A stretch of 64,000 nt of DNA from Micrococcales bacterium (GTDB lineage Bacteria > Actinomycetota > Actinomycetes > Actinomycetales > JBBAYJ01): positions 4,108 through 68,107 of the forward strand of contig JANNOG010000111.1 in NCBI GenBank assembly GCA_031398915.1, written 5' to 3'. Under the pieces are notes generated by a model, which saw only the letters and a list, made by a program, of their open reading frames with translations, did no database searches and was not told the DNA's origin. Below, piece by piece: positions 25,501 to 34,703 of the stretch (position 1 is its first letter; each line of letters starts with the position of its first letter). The position numbers and the translations under genes are program-made.

Positions 25501-28500
25501 GACGGGTCGTCGTTACCCAGGATGTCGACGGTGACGGCGCGCCCCTGGGCAGTGACAGCGGCGTCGTCCTGGGCATCGGGGGCGTCGGCGACGACCACCG
25601 TCACCGTGGCCGTGCCGGTCGTGCCGTTGAGATCCGCCACGACGTAGTCGATGGTGGCGGTCCCGGTGAATCCCGACTCGGGGACGAAGCTGACCATGCC
25701 GGTGGAGGTGTCCACGATCCACGTCCCCACGCCCACGACGACACGGGTCTCGACCGGCTGACCGGCGCCGTCGAGAACCCGCACCGACGTCTCGACGATG
25801 GGGGCCGAGGGGTCTCCGGGCAGGTCGTTGTCAGCCGGCGACACCGTGGCGGTCGTCCCGAACGGGACCTGAACAGCATCCGCGCGCACCTGTGGCACGA
25901 CGGCCGTGACGGTCACCGTCAGATCCGCCAGGGCGGCTATCCCGTCCGTGTCCCGCACCTGGTAAGTGACCGGCGTGGTGGTTCCGATGAAGGTACGCAC
26001 CGGGTTGAACCGGACAGCTCCGGTGGACATGTCGACGGTCCATCGACCCTCGTCGACCACCACCAGGCTGAACACCGGCGACCCGTCGACGTCGACCAGA
26101 CGCACCGATGTCGCATCCAGCGACGAGCCGGTGACGGTGGACGGTTCGTCACCGTTCAACACGTCGAGCACCACGTCCACGCCCTGACGCGTCACCCCGC
26201 TGTCGTCGTCCGCGGTGGGCGCCGTCGCGACGACGACCGACACGGTGGACGAGGCAGCGGTCCCGTTCGCGTCGAGCACCCGGTAGTCCACCGTGCTGGT
26301 CCCGCTGAATCCGGCGACCGGAGTGAAACTGACTCGCCCGGTCGTCGGGTCGACGGCGAAGGTTCCCTGGGCAGCGACGACGACCTCGATGACGGGCGTA
26401 CCGGTGCCGTCGATCAGACGCAACGTCGTCGCGTCGATGGCCACCGACGGCGACCCTGCCGTGTCGTTGATCGTCGGGTCCAGCGTCGTGGCCGTACCGA
26501 ACGGAGTCGTCACGACATCCGGTGAGGCACTGGGGATCACCGCTGTGACGGTGACCGAGACCTGTGCTCCCACCTGGGTTCCGTCGACGTCGCTGACGGT
26601 GTAGCTCACCACCGAGGCGACTCCGCTGAACTGCGGCTGGGGACTGAACGTGACGACGCCGGTCGCCGTCTCCACGCGCCAGGTTCCCTCACCCGCGACG
26701 ACCAGCTCGGTCACCGGCGTCGCCCCGGCACCGACCAGACGAACCGAGGCCGGGATGAAGTCGGCGCCGCTGTCGGATTCGACGTCGTTGTCCAGTACCG
26801 GGACGTCCACCATGGTGTTCTGTGGTGTGGTGGTGCTGTCGTCGACGGCATCCGGCGCCGACGCGACCGAGAAGGTGACCACCGACGAGTCGGCCGTCCC
26901 GTTGGAGTCTCGGACCAGGTAGTCGACGACGGCGTCCCCGGCGAAGCCCGGGACTGGGTCGAACGTGATGACCCCGGTACCCGTGTCGACGGTGAACGTG
27001 CCCACCCCGGCCCTGGTCAGCAGGGTGACCTCGACCGCCCCGTCGAGCAGCCGCACCGATGTCGGGTCCAGCGTCGAGTCCTCGCTGCCGGGTACGTCGT
27101 TGACCAGCGGGTCGATCGAGATCGTGGTGTCGGTTGGGGTGCTGGCCCGGTCGGGGTTGGCCACCGGAACCACACCGGTGACGGTGACGCTGACCGACGC
27201 GCTACCGGTGGTGTCCTCGACGTCGCTGACCCGGTACCTGATGGGTGTCCCGCCACCGGCGAACCCGGGTTCGGGATCGAAGACGACCTCGCCCAGAGCC
27301 TCGTCGACCGTGTACGTCCCCTCCCCGGGAATTACCAGGATCGTCACCGGGGTGTCTCCCGCCAGGAGGGACAGCCTCACCGACCCCGGTTGCAGGTCGG
27401 CACCCGAATCCGACGGTACGTCGTTGTCCAGCACCCGGATCCGCACCCGGACGTTCTGTGCGGTGGTCACGGTGTCGGCGTTGATCTGCGGGGCGGTCGC
27501 GACGCGTACCGTGACCGTCGACCGAGCCGGCACGCCGTCGGCGTCGTCGACGACGTAGGCCACCGCCGGCGTGTTTCCGGCGAATCCCGCGTCGGGGTCG
27601 AATGTGATCTCACCGGTCGTGGTGTCGACGGTGAACGTGCCGACCCCACTCAGGGTGAGGCTGGTCTGCGGGTTGTCGGCGGCGTCGAGCAGCCGAACCG
27701 TCGTCGGGTCCAACTGGGCGCCACCTGCCGTCGGGCCGTCGTTGGCCAACAAGTCGAGCGTCACGGTCCGGTCCGACGGGGTGTTGACGGCGTCCGGCTC
27801 GGCGACGGGCGCGCCCGTCACCGTGATCGCGATCGTGGAGGTGGCCTCGGTGCCGTTCGCATCCTGCACGACGTACGTCACCGTCGGCGTGGTTCCGACG
27901 AAATCGGCGGCGGGCGTGAACGTGACATCACCCGTGGCGACGTCGACCGTGAAGGTGCCGACTCCGGTCACGACGACCTGAGCGACCCGGGCACCGCCGT
28001 CGACCAGGCGCAACGTCTGCGGCACCAGCGGCACAGCGGCGCCACCGCCACCGGTCCCCGCTGCGTCGTTGCCGGTCGGAGCGAAGGTCACCGGCTGCTC
28101 GAACGCCGTGGTGCGGCGGTCCGCATCGGCGAGCGGGGTGACCCCGGCAACCGACACCGAGATGGTGGAACTGGCGGTGACGCCGTCGCCGTCGGTGAGC
28201 CGGTAGGTGACCGGCGCCGCCGGTCCCGAGAACCCGGCCTCAGGCGTGAACGTGATCTCACCCGTCGTCTGGTCGACGACCCATGTGCCCTGCCCGGCGA
28301 CGACCAGGGTGGTGACCGGCGCTCCTGCGCCGTTGAGCAGGACGAGGCCGGCGGGCGGCGGGGCGGGCGGCAGAGCGGCGCCCGAGCTACCGGCCGAGTC
28401 GTTGTCGAGGGGCCGGATGACCACCGGTGTGTTCTGCGTGGCGGACGCGGAATCGGGGCGGGCGATGGGAGCGGTCCGGACGTTGACCACCTGCTGAGCG

Positions 28501-31500
28501 GTAGCCGTGATGCCGTCGCCGTCCGACACGCGGTAGGTCACCGGACTGGTCGTCCCCGAGAAGGCGGGCTCGGGGTCGAAGGTGATGTCACCGGATGTGG
28601 TGTCGACACTCCACGTCCCCTGACCGGCGACGACCAGCGACAGGGTGGGTGCGCCCGCGCCGTCCAGCAGGGTCACGGTGGTGGGGTCCAGCGCTGACCC
28701 CGAGTTGGACGTCATGTCGTTGGCCACTGTCGGGAGGGTGACGGTGACGTCCGAGGGTGTGTTGGCACTGTCGTCGGTCGCGGTGGGCGGGTTGTACACC
28801 AGCACCCGAACGGTGGATGTCGCAGTGGTTCCGTTCAGGTCGGCTACCCGGTAGGCGACGGGCGGCGTGGTGCCCTCGAATCCGGCGACCGGCATGAAGG
28901 TGACGGCACCCGCCACCACCTGGAAGGTGCCCACTCCGATGATCGTCCGCGAGGACACGGGCGACCCGCCGACGCTCAACAGGGTCAGGGTGGCCGGGTC
29001 CAGCGCCGGTCCACCGGTACCGGCGACGTCGTTGCCGAGGACGTCGACGGTTACCGCGGTCCCGAAGGGCGTGGCGACGCCGTCCTCGTTGGCGACCGGG
29101 TCGATTCCGTCGACGGTGACCACCACCTGGGCGTCGTCGGTGATGCCCTGAGCGTCGGCGACCCGGTACACGACGGGGGTCGTGGCGCCCCGGAACGCCG
29201 GTTCGGGGTCGAACGTGACGGCGCCCGTCACCGGGTCCACGGTCCAGGTTCCCTCTGTGGCGACGACCAGGGTTGTGACCTCGTCGGTCCCGTCGAGCAG
29301 GACGACCGAGGTGGGGTCAAGGGCGGCGGCCGAGGTGAGCGACGGCCGGTCATTGGCCAGCACGTCCAGTGTCACGTCGGTGTTCTGCGCCGTCCCTGCC
29401 GAGTCGTCGGTGGCCGTCGGGGGGCCGGTCACGACGACGTCGATCGTCGACCCGGTGCGGGTGCCGTTGCTGTCCGCGACCTGGTACTCGACGGTGGTGA
29501 CCGAGCCGACGAAGCCCGGTACGGGGGTGAACCGGACCACGGCGCCGGTCACCACGAACGACCCCTCGCCGGGCGCGCTGAGGCTGGTGACCAGCGTCCC
29601 GCCGGCACCGACCAGACGCAACGTTCCGACGATCAGCGGGGCTGTGGCCGACCCGGCGGAGTCGTTGGCCAGCGGGGACACGTCAACTGCGCGCTCGTAG
29701 GCGGTGACGGTGCCGTCCGGCTCGGCGGACGGGGTGACCGGGGTGACCACGACCGTGACCTCTGCGGTGTCGACGATCCCCTGGGTGTCACTGACCCGGT
29801 AGGTGACCGGATTCGTCACACCGGTGAAGGACGGGTCGGGATTGAACGTCACCGTGCCTGTCGTGGTGTCGACGGTCCAGAGCCCCTCACCGGCGACGGT
29901 CAGCGAGGTGACCGGCACACCGCCGTCGACCAGGCGCACCGACGGGGCGACCAGCGCGGCGCCCGAATCCCCCGGTGTGTCGTTGTCGAGGACGACGAGG
30001 CTGACATTGGTGTTCTGCGGTGTCGTGGCCTGGTCGTCGACTGCCTGCGGCGGAGTGGTGACGGTGACCGTCACGGTGGATGTGGCGACGATGCCGTCCG
30101 TGTCTTCGATCTGATACGGCGCGGACGGGGTGATTCCGCTGAAACCCGCAACCGGAGTAAAGGTGATCTGGTCGGTCGCGGTGTTGACGGTGAATGTGCC
30201 TATCCCCGGGTAAGCGCGGCTGGTGACGGGAGACCCGACACCGTCACGCAGCCGGACCGAGCCCACCCGTAGCGGCGCCGACCCCGCCGTGTCGTTGGCG
30301 GCCACCGAGACGGTGACCGCCGTCTGGAATGGGGTGGTCGCGGTGTCGGGCGCCGCCTGTGGTGGCGGGGTGACCGAGATGGTGACGGTGGAGTCCGCCG
30401 TGGTGCCGTTGCCGTCCGCCACCCGATAGGGCACAGCGGGGCTCGATCCGGTGAACCCCGCGACAGGAGTGAACGTGACCGTCCCGGTGGCGGTGTCGAC
30501 GGTGAACGTTCCGACCCCGGGGTAGGTGCGGGTCGTGACCGGAGTGCCGGCCGCGTCGAGCAGTCGCAGCGAGGCGGCGACGATCGGGGCGGTCGCGGCG
30601 CCGGCCGTGTCGTTGGCGGCGGGAGCCAGGGTGAGTGAGGTACCGAACGGGGTGGTGCGGGTGTCGGCCACCGCCACGGGGGTGATCGCCGCGACGGTCA
30701 CGGTCAGCGTGCTGGTCGCCGTGCGCCCGGTGCTGTCGGCGACGCGGTAGCTGACCGGGCTCGCCTGCCCGGTGAAGCCGGATTCCGGGTCGAACGTCAC
30801 GGCACCGGTGGTGGTGTTCACCACGTACGTGCCCTGACCGGCCACGGACAGGGTGGTGACGAGAAGTCCACCCGATAGCAGCCGGACCGACGAGGCCACC
30901 AGTGGGGTGGCCGACGACGGGGCGCTGTCGTTGGCGAGGACATCGGCGGTGACGGTGACGTTCTGCGGGGTCGACACCGCATCCGGCGTGGCGACCGGGG
31001 TGGCGAGGGTATTGGTGAAGGTGCACGAGATTCGCTGCGCGTTGCCGTTGGCGCCCGAACTCCGCGGCACGGTCACCGATGCGGTCGTTCCGGCGCCCGC
31101 GGTCACCGTCGCCCCGGCAGCGTCGACGCACGAATAGGCGCTGTTGTACGCCGACAGATCCGTGCCTGATGCCGCGACCTCGGAGACGGTGAGGGTGACC
31201 GCCGAGGACGCCGGGTCCTGCGCCGTCGTGATGTCGGCGCCCGCGGTTCCGAACGTGCGCGGTCCGGTCGTGCCGTTGTGTCCCACCGCTGAGGCCAGCG
31301 AGGTCCCGTTCACCTGCAGGGTGAATCGGCCGGCATCGCTGGTCGGGGCCAGTGACTTGGTGACGGTGATCGTGGGCCTGACGACGATCTGGTGATCCTC
31401 TACCTCCCCGACCCCGGCGAGGCCGGTCGCACTCGCGGCACGCGCCGTGTATCCGGCGCGGAGCCTGGCGTTCAACGGTCCTGCGGCCACCCCGGCCGGC

Positions 31501-32726
31501 AGGGTCCAGGTCAACGTCGCCGACGTGGCGCCCGCCGCGACGGTGGTCGTCGCGGCCTCGTTGCCCGTTCCGAACACGTTGTTCCGGTCGAAATCGAGCC
31601 AGCCGGCGACGGTGGTGGCTGCGCTGCCTCCGGCGACGGGCACCGTGACCGAGTACGTGCCGGTCTGTCCGGCGGTGATCGGCCCGAAGGTGGCCTCGTC
31701 GGCACCGTCCGCCGTGGCGGCCGGACTGGAGAGCGGCGAGGTGGTGACGGCACCGGCCGTCACCGTGGTGGTCTTGTCCGCCGTACTGGTGGTGCCGATT
31801 CGCAGGTCGCCGACCAGGGCGGCGGCAGCGGACCCCGAGTCGTAGGCGGCGGGTGCGTCGCCGTAGTCCTCGTCCACCGTGGTGGTGACGCCGAAGGCGT
31901 CGGTGAAGTCGCCCGTGATGACGCCGGACTGGGTGACCTGTAGTGACAGGTCGAAGACCAACGTCCGGGTCGTTCCGGCGATCTGGATGGTGCCGCAGCC
32001 CGCCAAGCCGGTCGAGTTGTAGCTCGTCGAGTTCGCCGAGCAGCTGGTGCTGGGTGCGTTGGTGGTGGCCGACACCAGCCCCGACGTGATGGCCAGAGTT
32101 CCGCTGACCCCGGAAACCGTGGCGCCGCCCGACGAGCCCGCCACCAGGCCCAGCCGCGCGTTACCCGCTTTGTACACCGTCTGACTGTTGAACGTGGCCC
32201 CCCCCAAACCCCAGACGTGCACGCGTGGGTTGGTGACCGGCGCCGGATACGTGATCGTCAGCTGCCCGCGTGCCGTGCACAGGGCATTGCTGATGCAACC
32301 GGTCGAGGAGACCGACACCTCGACACCGGCAGACGTGGTGGCGATCTGTGGCACGAACAGTCCCGACGTGCCCCCTCGGCCGGCAACGGTGCCGGTCAGG
32401 TTGCCGGATGCGCCCAGCGTGGTCCGGTTGCCCGACACGGCCAGCGTCACGGTCTCGGTGTTGGCCAGCGTTGTCGTCGCCGAACCGTTCGCGCCCTGGG
32501 TGCCGGTCCAGGTCTCGGGCTGCTGGTACGCGCTCGCCGGAAGCGCGACCGGGGCTGCGGTAGCGATGACGAACGCCAGGGCACCGGCGATCACTCGACG
32601 GGGCCGAAGGGCACTCGACGAGCGGCGCAGCGGAGCCTTGGTACGGACGGCATCAGTCACAGGTCTGTCCTTATCGGTCACGAGTCCCGCCCCGGCGTGG
32701 CGCGAGTACGCCGTGCCATCGGCCAC
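22536..32726 (-). CDS. Giant (3396-aa) secreted, cell-wall-anchored repeat protein / putative adhesin. It has a signal peptide, a GEVED domain, a prealbumin-like domain, 26 tandem ~105-aa Ig-like (CshA-fibril / tandem-95-type) repeats, a PT linker and an LPXTG-like anchor.
   Basis: N-terminus RRSSSALRPRRVIAGALAFVIATAAPVALPASA. DYGDAP...GVGEVEDHQIVV (GEVED motif at about 31395..31412). Then 26 units with the consensus P.A.DD..T.....V...L.ND......L.P.SVRL.D..G..VT.L.V.G.GTW.VD..TG.VTF.P..GF.G....V.Y.V.D..G. C-terminus PGPTPGPTPGPTPGPTPSPTPPPT...ALSRTG + hydrophobic helix + RPRGAR. The GTG start at 32726 is uncertain; in-frame GTGs 45 and 66 nt downstream are alternatives. Confidence 0.95.
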   Translation of the reverse strand: MADGTAYSRHAGAGLVTDKDRPVTDAVRTKAPLRRSSSALRPRRVIAGALAFVIATAAPVALPASAYQQPETWTGTQGANGSATTTLANTETVTLAVSGNRTTLGASGNLTGTVAGRGGTSGLFVPQIATTSAGVEVSVSSTGCISNALCTARGQLTITYPAPVTNPRVHVWGLGGATFNSQTVYKAGNARLGLVAGSSGGATVSGVSGTLAITSGLVSATTNAPSTSCSANSTSYNSTGLAGCGTIQIAGTTRTLVFDLSLQVTQSGVITGDFTDAFGVTTTVDEDYGDAPAAYDSGSAAAALVGDLRIGTTSTADKTTTVTAGAVTTSPLSSPAATADGADEATFGPITAGQTGTYSVTVPVAGGSAATTVAGWLDFDRNNVFGTGNEAATTTVAAGATSATLTWTLPAGVAAGPLNARLRAGYTARAASATGLAGVGEVEDHQIVVRPTITVTKSLAPTSDAGRFTLQVNGTSLASAVGHNGTTGPRTFGTAGADITTAQDPASSAVTLTVSEVAASGTDLSAYNSAYSCVDAAGATVTAGAGTTASVTVPRSSGANGNAQRISCTFTNTLATPVATPDAVSTPQNVTVTADVLANDSAPSSATPLVASSVRLLSGGLLVTTLSVAGQGTYVVNTTTGAVTFDPESGFTGQASPVSYRVADSTGRTATSTLTVTVAAITPVAVADTRTTPFGTSLTLAPAANDTAGAATAPIVAASLRLLDAAGTPVTTRTYPGVGTFTVDTATGTVTFTPVAGFTGSSPAVPYRVADGNGTTADSTVTISVTPPPQAAPDTATTPFQTAVTVSVAANDTAGSAPLRVGSVRLRDGVGSPVTSRAYPGIGTFTVNTATDQITFTPVAGFSGITPSAPYQIEDTDGIVATSTVTVTVTTPPQAVDDQATTPQNTNVSLVVLDNDTPGDSGAALVAPSVRLVDGGVPVTSLTVAGEGLWTVDTTTGTVTFNPDPSFTGVTNPVTYRVSDTQGIVDTAEVTVVVTPVTPSAEPDGTVTAYERAVDVSPLANDSAGSATAPLIVGTLRLVGAGGTLVTSLSAPGEGSFVVTGAVVRFTPVPGFVGSVTTVEYQVADSNGTRTGSTIDVVVTGPPTATDDSAGTAQNTDVTLDVLANDRPSLTSAAALDPTSVVLLDGTDEVTTLVVATEGTWTVDPVTGAVTFDPEPAFRGATTPVVYRVADAQGITDDAQVVVTVDGIDPVANEDGVATPFGTAVTVDVLGNDVAGTGGPALDPATLTLLSVGGSPVSSRTIIGVGTFQVVAGAVTFMPVAGFEGTTPPVAYRVADLNGTTATSTVRVLVYNPPTATDDSANTPSDVTVTLPTVANDMTSNSGSALDPTTVTLLDGAGAPTLSLVVAGQGTWSVDTTSGDITFDPEPAFSGTTSPVTYRVSDGDGITATAQQVVNVRTAPIARPDSASATQNTPVVIRPLDNDSAGSSGAALPPAPPPAGLVLLNGAGAPVTTLVVAGQGTWVVDQTTGEITFTPEAGFSGPAAPVTYRLTDGDGVTASSTISVSVAGVTPLADADRRTTAFEQPVTFAPTGNDAAGTGGGGAAVPLVPQTLRLVDGGARVAQVVVTGVGTFTVDVATGDVTFTPAADFVGTTPTVTYVVQDANGTEATSTIAITVTGAPVAEPDAVNTPSDRTVTLDLLANDGPTAGGAQLDPTTVRLLDAADNPQTSLTLSGVGTFTVDTTTGEITFDPDAGFAGNTPAVAYVVDDADGVPARSTVTVRVATAPQINADTVTTAQNVRVRIRVLDNDVPSDSGADLQPGSVRLSLLAGDTPVTILVIPGEGTYTVDEALGEVVFDPEPGFAGGGTPIRYRVSDVEDTTGSASVSVTVTGVVPVANPDRASTPTDTTISIDPLVNDVPGSEDSTLDPTSVRLLDGAVEVTLLTRAGVGTFTVDTGTGVITFDPVPGFAGDAVVDYLVRDSNGTADSSVVTFSVASAPDAVDDSTTTPQNTMVDVPVLDNDVESDSGADFIPASVRLVGAGATPVTELVVAGEGTWRVETATGVVTFSPQPQFSGVASVVSYTVSDVDGTQVGAQVSVTVTAVIPSASPDVVTTPFGTATTLDPTINDTAGSPSVAIDATTLRLIDGTGTPVIEVVVAAQGTFAVDPTTGRVSFTPVAGFSGTSTVDYRVLDANGTAASSTVSVVVATAPTADDDSGVTRQGVDVVLDVLNGDEPSTVTGSSLDATSVRLVDVDGSPVFSLVVVDEGRWTVDMSTGAVRFNPVRTFIGTTTPVTYQVRDTDGIAALADLTVTVTAVVPQVRADAVQVPFGTTATVSPADNDLPGDPSAPIVETSVRVLDGAGQPVETRVVVGVGTWIVDTSTGMVSFVPESGFTGTATIDYVVADLNGTTGTATVTVVVADAPDAQDDAAVTAQGRAVTVDILGNDDPSALSGSPLDPASVLLVAPDGSLATQVIVGGEGRWSVDTATGDITFTPEPMFTGATTPLAYQVSDQDGVTDRAQVTVTVTAITPTAVDDTASSPAGLGVVLSPAANDVAGAVGTPIVAGSVRLVDDDGAVVTELEVPGGTFSVDIATGEVTFAATIGFAGDVSVTYQVADANGTTSTAGITVTVFTAPIAQDDSVTTPQNTAVTLDVLADDTTSNSGSPFEPGSVRLIDAAGARTPTLVVPGEGTWSASATTGRVTFTPLAAFTGQAGVVAYVVEDSDGVTASATLSVTVTAVTPIAVDDEASTPSGRSVSFAVLANDSPGSGTTSLAPASARLIDDTGAEATSVTVAGEGTWTISGGTVTFVPLSTFDGDARLSYVVRDSNGTPATADLTVTVFGSPLAADDTVGTAQGVAVSFDALANDAPSNSGSPLNPASVRFVADSGALVTTLVVAGEGTWSLTSSTATFTPLASYRGTTSAVTYQVLDGDGVSARAELRAVVSGVTPVANDDLASGPTAAAVVVDVLDNDAAGTSGGPLVAASVRILSDSGPVSTLVVSQVGTWTVDAVTGAITFTPVAGFAGSATVTYRVLDTNGTAATALVTVTIASAPVAADDTATTSQGMSTTIEPLVNDQPSDSGAIFDPASVRLLDADGVPVTSLVVSGQGQWSVDAAGLVTFIPLVSFTGQSSPVSYQVTDSVGTVVRAAMTVTVTAVPPVASNDMVRGTAGGPITVSVLANDGPGVTNAPLDPATLRLLDAAGDPVTTLVIDGAGTWTVDDVAGTLTFVPLAGFIGDVPPVRYVVADTDGVTTGAEVSLTVVERPVAVPDQAVATSGAPVTIDPLANDTGGSPLDPSSVRLVAPDGSLVQVLVVAGVGTWQVDPATGRITFTSLAGFSGTAEVTYRVTDAEGASTTSSIAVEVEAADTPPGPTPGPTPGPTPGPTPSPTPPPTSGQPAALSRTGTEVGVLVLAGVLMILIGGLLTVRPRGARSGG
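22539..22646 (-). other. Sortase sorting signal (LSRTG + TM helix + basic tail)
   Basis: 22632..22646 encodes LSRTG (CTG TCA CGG ACC GGG). It is followed by TEVGVLVLAGVLMILIGGLLTV and RPRGARSGG. Confidence 0.75.
22744..31004 (-). repeat. Array of 26 diverged ~315-bp coding repeats inside the adhesin gene
   Basis: I counted the units by the recurring ...ND... / SVRL / TG.VTF.P / Y.V.D motifs in the translation, from ATPVATPDAV (about aa 575) to SSIAVEVEAAD (about aa 3328). Confidence 0.9.
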
Positions 32727-32868
32727 AGCCCCCGGCCACTGAAGACCCGATCACTCGATCGTCCGTTCCTGTCGATTTCGCGGGCACCCGTTCGTCAGTA
32801 GTGAGGGAACCGCCGGTGCGCCGGCGCTACCGAGTCCACAGTCGTCGTCGGTCCGCTGGAGGTATGTC

Positions 32869-34347
32869 GTGGTCGCACTACAAGAACCGTCAGGTCAGGA
32901 GGCAGCGGCCCGGGTGCCGTGGGTGATCCTTCCGGTGTTGGCGGCAGCTCAGTTCGTCGTCGTCCTGGACGCATCGATCGTCAACATCGCGCTGCCGTCG
33001 ATCGAGAGCGATCTCGGCTTCTCGGGCCCCGATCTGCAGTGGGTGATCAACGCCTACGTGCTGGCGTTCGGCGGACTGCTGTTGTTGGGGGGGCGGTTGA
33101 GCGACGTCATCGACGGGCGCAGCGTCTTCCTGATCGGCCTGGGAGTGTTCTGCGCGGCATCGTTGGTCTGCGGACTTGCCGAGACACCCGGGGTGCTGCT
33201 GGCCGGACGCGCCGCCCAGGGTGTGGGGGCGGCCATGCTCTCGCCGGCCGGGCTGACTCTGTTGACGCGCAACTTCACCGGCACGGCGCGCGCCAAGGCG
33301 TTGGCCGCCTGGGGAGCGGTCAGCGGTATCGCCGGCGGCGCGGGCGTACTGCTGGGTGGCGTCCTCACCGACGGGCCGGGGTGGCCATGGATCTTCTTCA
33401 TCAACATCCCCGTGGGGGTGATCGTCGCCGTCGCGGCGTGGCGGCTGGTCGGGCGTTCTCAGGGCCGGCGTTCGCTCGGCCTGGACATTCCCGGTGCGGC
33501 GCTCATCACCGGCGCCATCTTCATGCTGGTGCTCGCCGTCGTGCGCAGCGAACAGGACGGCTGGGGTTCACGGAACGTGATCGGTGGGTTCGTCGTCGCC
33601 GCTGCTCTCGTGGTGGCGTTCATCGTCGTCGAGCAACGGGTGCGTCAGCCGCTGATCCCGCTGGGTGTGTTCCGGTTGCGGGACCTCAGCGCGGGCAACG
33701 CCGTCAACCTGTTGTTGGGCTCCGCCCTGTTGGCGACATTCTTCCTGCTCACTCTGTATCTGCAGCAGGTGGTCGGCGACAGCGCGCAGACAGCCGGGAT
33801 CAAGTACATCCCGCTGGCGGTAGCCGCTTTCGTCGGTAGTGGGTTGTGTTCGGCGATCCTTCCTCGGGTCGGGGCAAAAATCCCCCTCGCACTGGGGATG
33901 ACGTTCATCGCCGTCGGATTGGCCTGGTTCTCGTTGTTCGAGGCCGACAGCAACTACTGGTCCAGCTTCTTCGCCCCCAGTGTCGTGTGGGGAATCGGAC
34001 TCGGTCTCGCGGCGGTATCTGCCCTGTCTGCCGCCACGCAGGACCTCGGAACGGACGACGAGTCCGGCCTGGCGTCGGGATTGGTGAGCACGACCCAGCA
34101 GGTCGGTGGAGCGATCGGCCTCGCGGTGCTCAGCACGTTCACCTTCGACCGCGCCAACGAGTTGCTGGCCACCGGATCTCCGTTTCCGGTCGCGCTGCTG
34201 GACGGACTCGTCCTGGCCACCCGGATCGGGGCCGGAATCGCCGTGGTCGCTGCGATCCTGGCGCTCGTGCTGCTCACGAACCGTCGTCCGGACCAATTCG
34301 CCGGAGACCACGACTCGAACACGACCAACACGGCATCGGCCGGGTGA
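32869..34347 (+). CDS. MFS transporter, DHA2 (EmrB/QacA, 14-TMS) type
   Basis: 492 aa with LDASIVNIALPSI near the N-terminus, LGGRLSD (motif A-like) and many hydrophobic segments. GTG start with GGAGG 6 nt upstream. Confidence 0.9.
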   Translation: MVALQEPSGQEAAARVPWVILPVLAAAQFVVVLDASIVNIALPSIESDLGFSGPDLQWVINAYVLAFGGLLLLGGRLSDVIDGRSVFLIGLGVFCAASLVCGLAETPGVLLAGRAAQGVGAAMLSPAGLTLLTRNFTGTARAKALAAWGAVSGIAGGAGVLLGGVLTDGPGWPWIFFINIPVGVIVAVAAWRLVGRSQGRRSLGLDIPGAALITGAIFMLVLAVVRSEQDGWGSRNVIGGFVVAAALVVAFIVVEQRVRQPLIPLGVFRLRDLSAGNAVNLLLGSALLATFFLLTLYLQQVVGDSAQTAGIKYIPLAVAAFVGSGLCSAILPRVGAKIPLALGMTFIAVGLAWFSLFEADSNYWSSFFAPSVVWGIGLGLAAVSALSAATQDLGTDDESGLASGLVSTTQQVGGAIGLAVLSTFTFDRANELLATGSPFPVALLDGLVLATRIGAGIAVVAAILALVLLTNRRPDQFAGDHDSNTTNTASAG

Positions 34348-34358
34348 AGGGGATCGTC

Positions 34359-34700
34359 ATGGCGCAGTACCTGCTCATGATCTACCAGGACGAGGCTCGG
34401 ATGCCTGACCGCGAGAGCGCGGCCTGGGACGCCCTCACGATCGATCATCAGCGTTTCCAGGACCAGGTCGCGGCCGGACCCAGTCGCATCCTCGGGTCCC
34501 AAGCTCTGGAACCGACCTCGATGGCTACGACGCTGCGCGCCGACACGATCACCGACGGCCCCTTCGCCGAGACCAAAGAGGCTTTCGGCGGCTTCTACCT
34601 CCTGGAGGCCGACGATCTGGACGAGGCGCTGCGGGTGGCAGCGCTGTGTCCCGCGGGCCTCGGGTGTGTCGAGGTCCGGCCCGTGATCGATCTCGGGTAG
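34359..34700 (+). CDS. YCII-related / DGPF-domain protein
   Basis: MAQYLLMIYQDE... and DGPFAETKEAFGGFYLLEADDLDEA are hallmark motifs. The ATG lies within the longer listed ORF 33846..34700, whose upstream part overlaps the MFS gene. Confidence 0.85.
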   Translation: MAQYLLMIYQDEARMPDRESAAWDALTIDHQRFQDQVAAGPSRILGSQALEPTSMATTLRADTITDGPFAETKEAFGGFYLLEADDLDEALRVAALCPAGLGCVEVRPVIDLG

Positions 34701-34703
34701 CTG

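Noticed and set aside
22513-32200. Dozens of 60-440-aa ORFs in other frames or on the other strand within the adhesin gene (for example 22513..23829, 27390..28697, 30244..31131)
   Set aside because: They are generated by the repetitive G+C-rich Thr/Val/Ala/Asp codons of one continuous 3396-aa frame, which has a signal peptide and a sorting signal. Their translations are Arg/Gly/Pro-rich.
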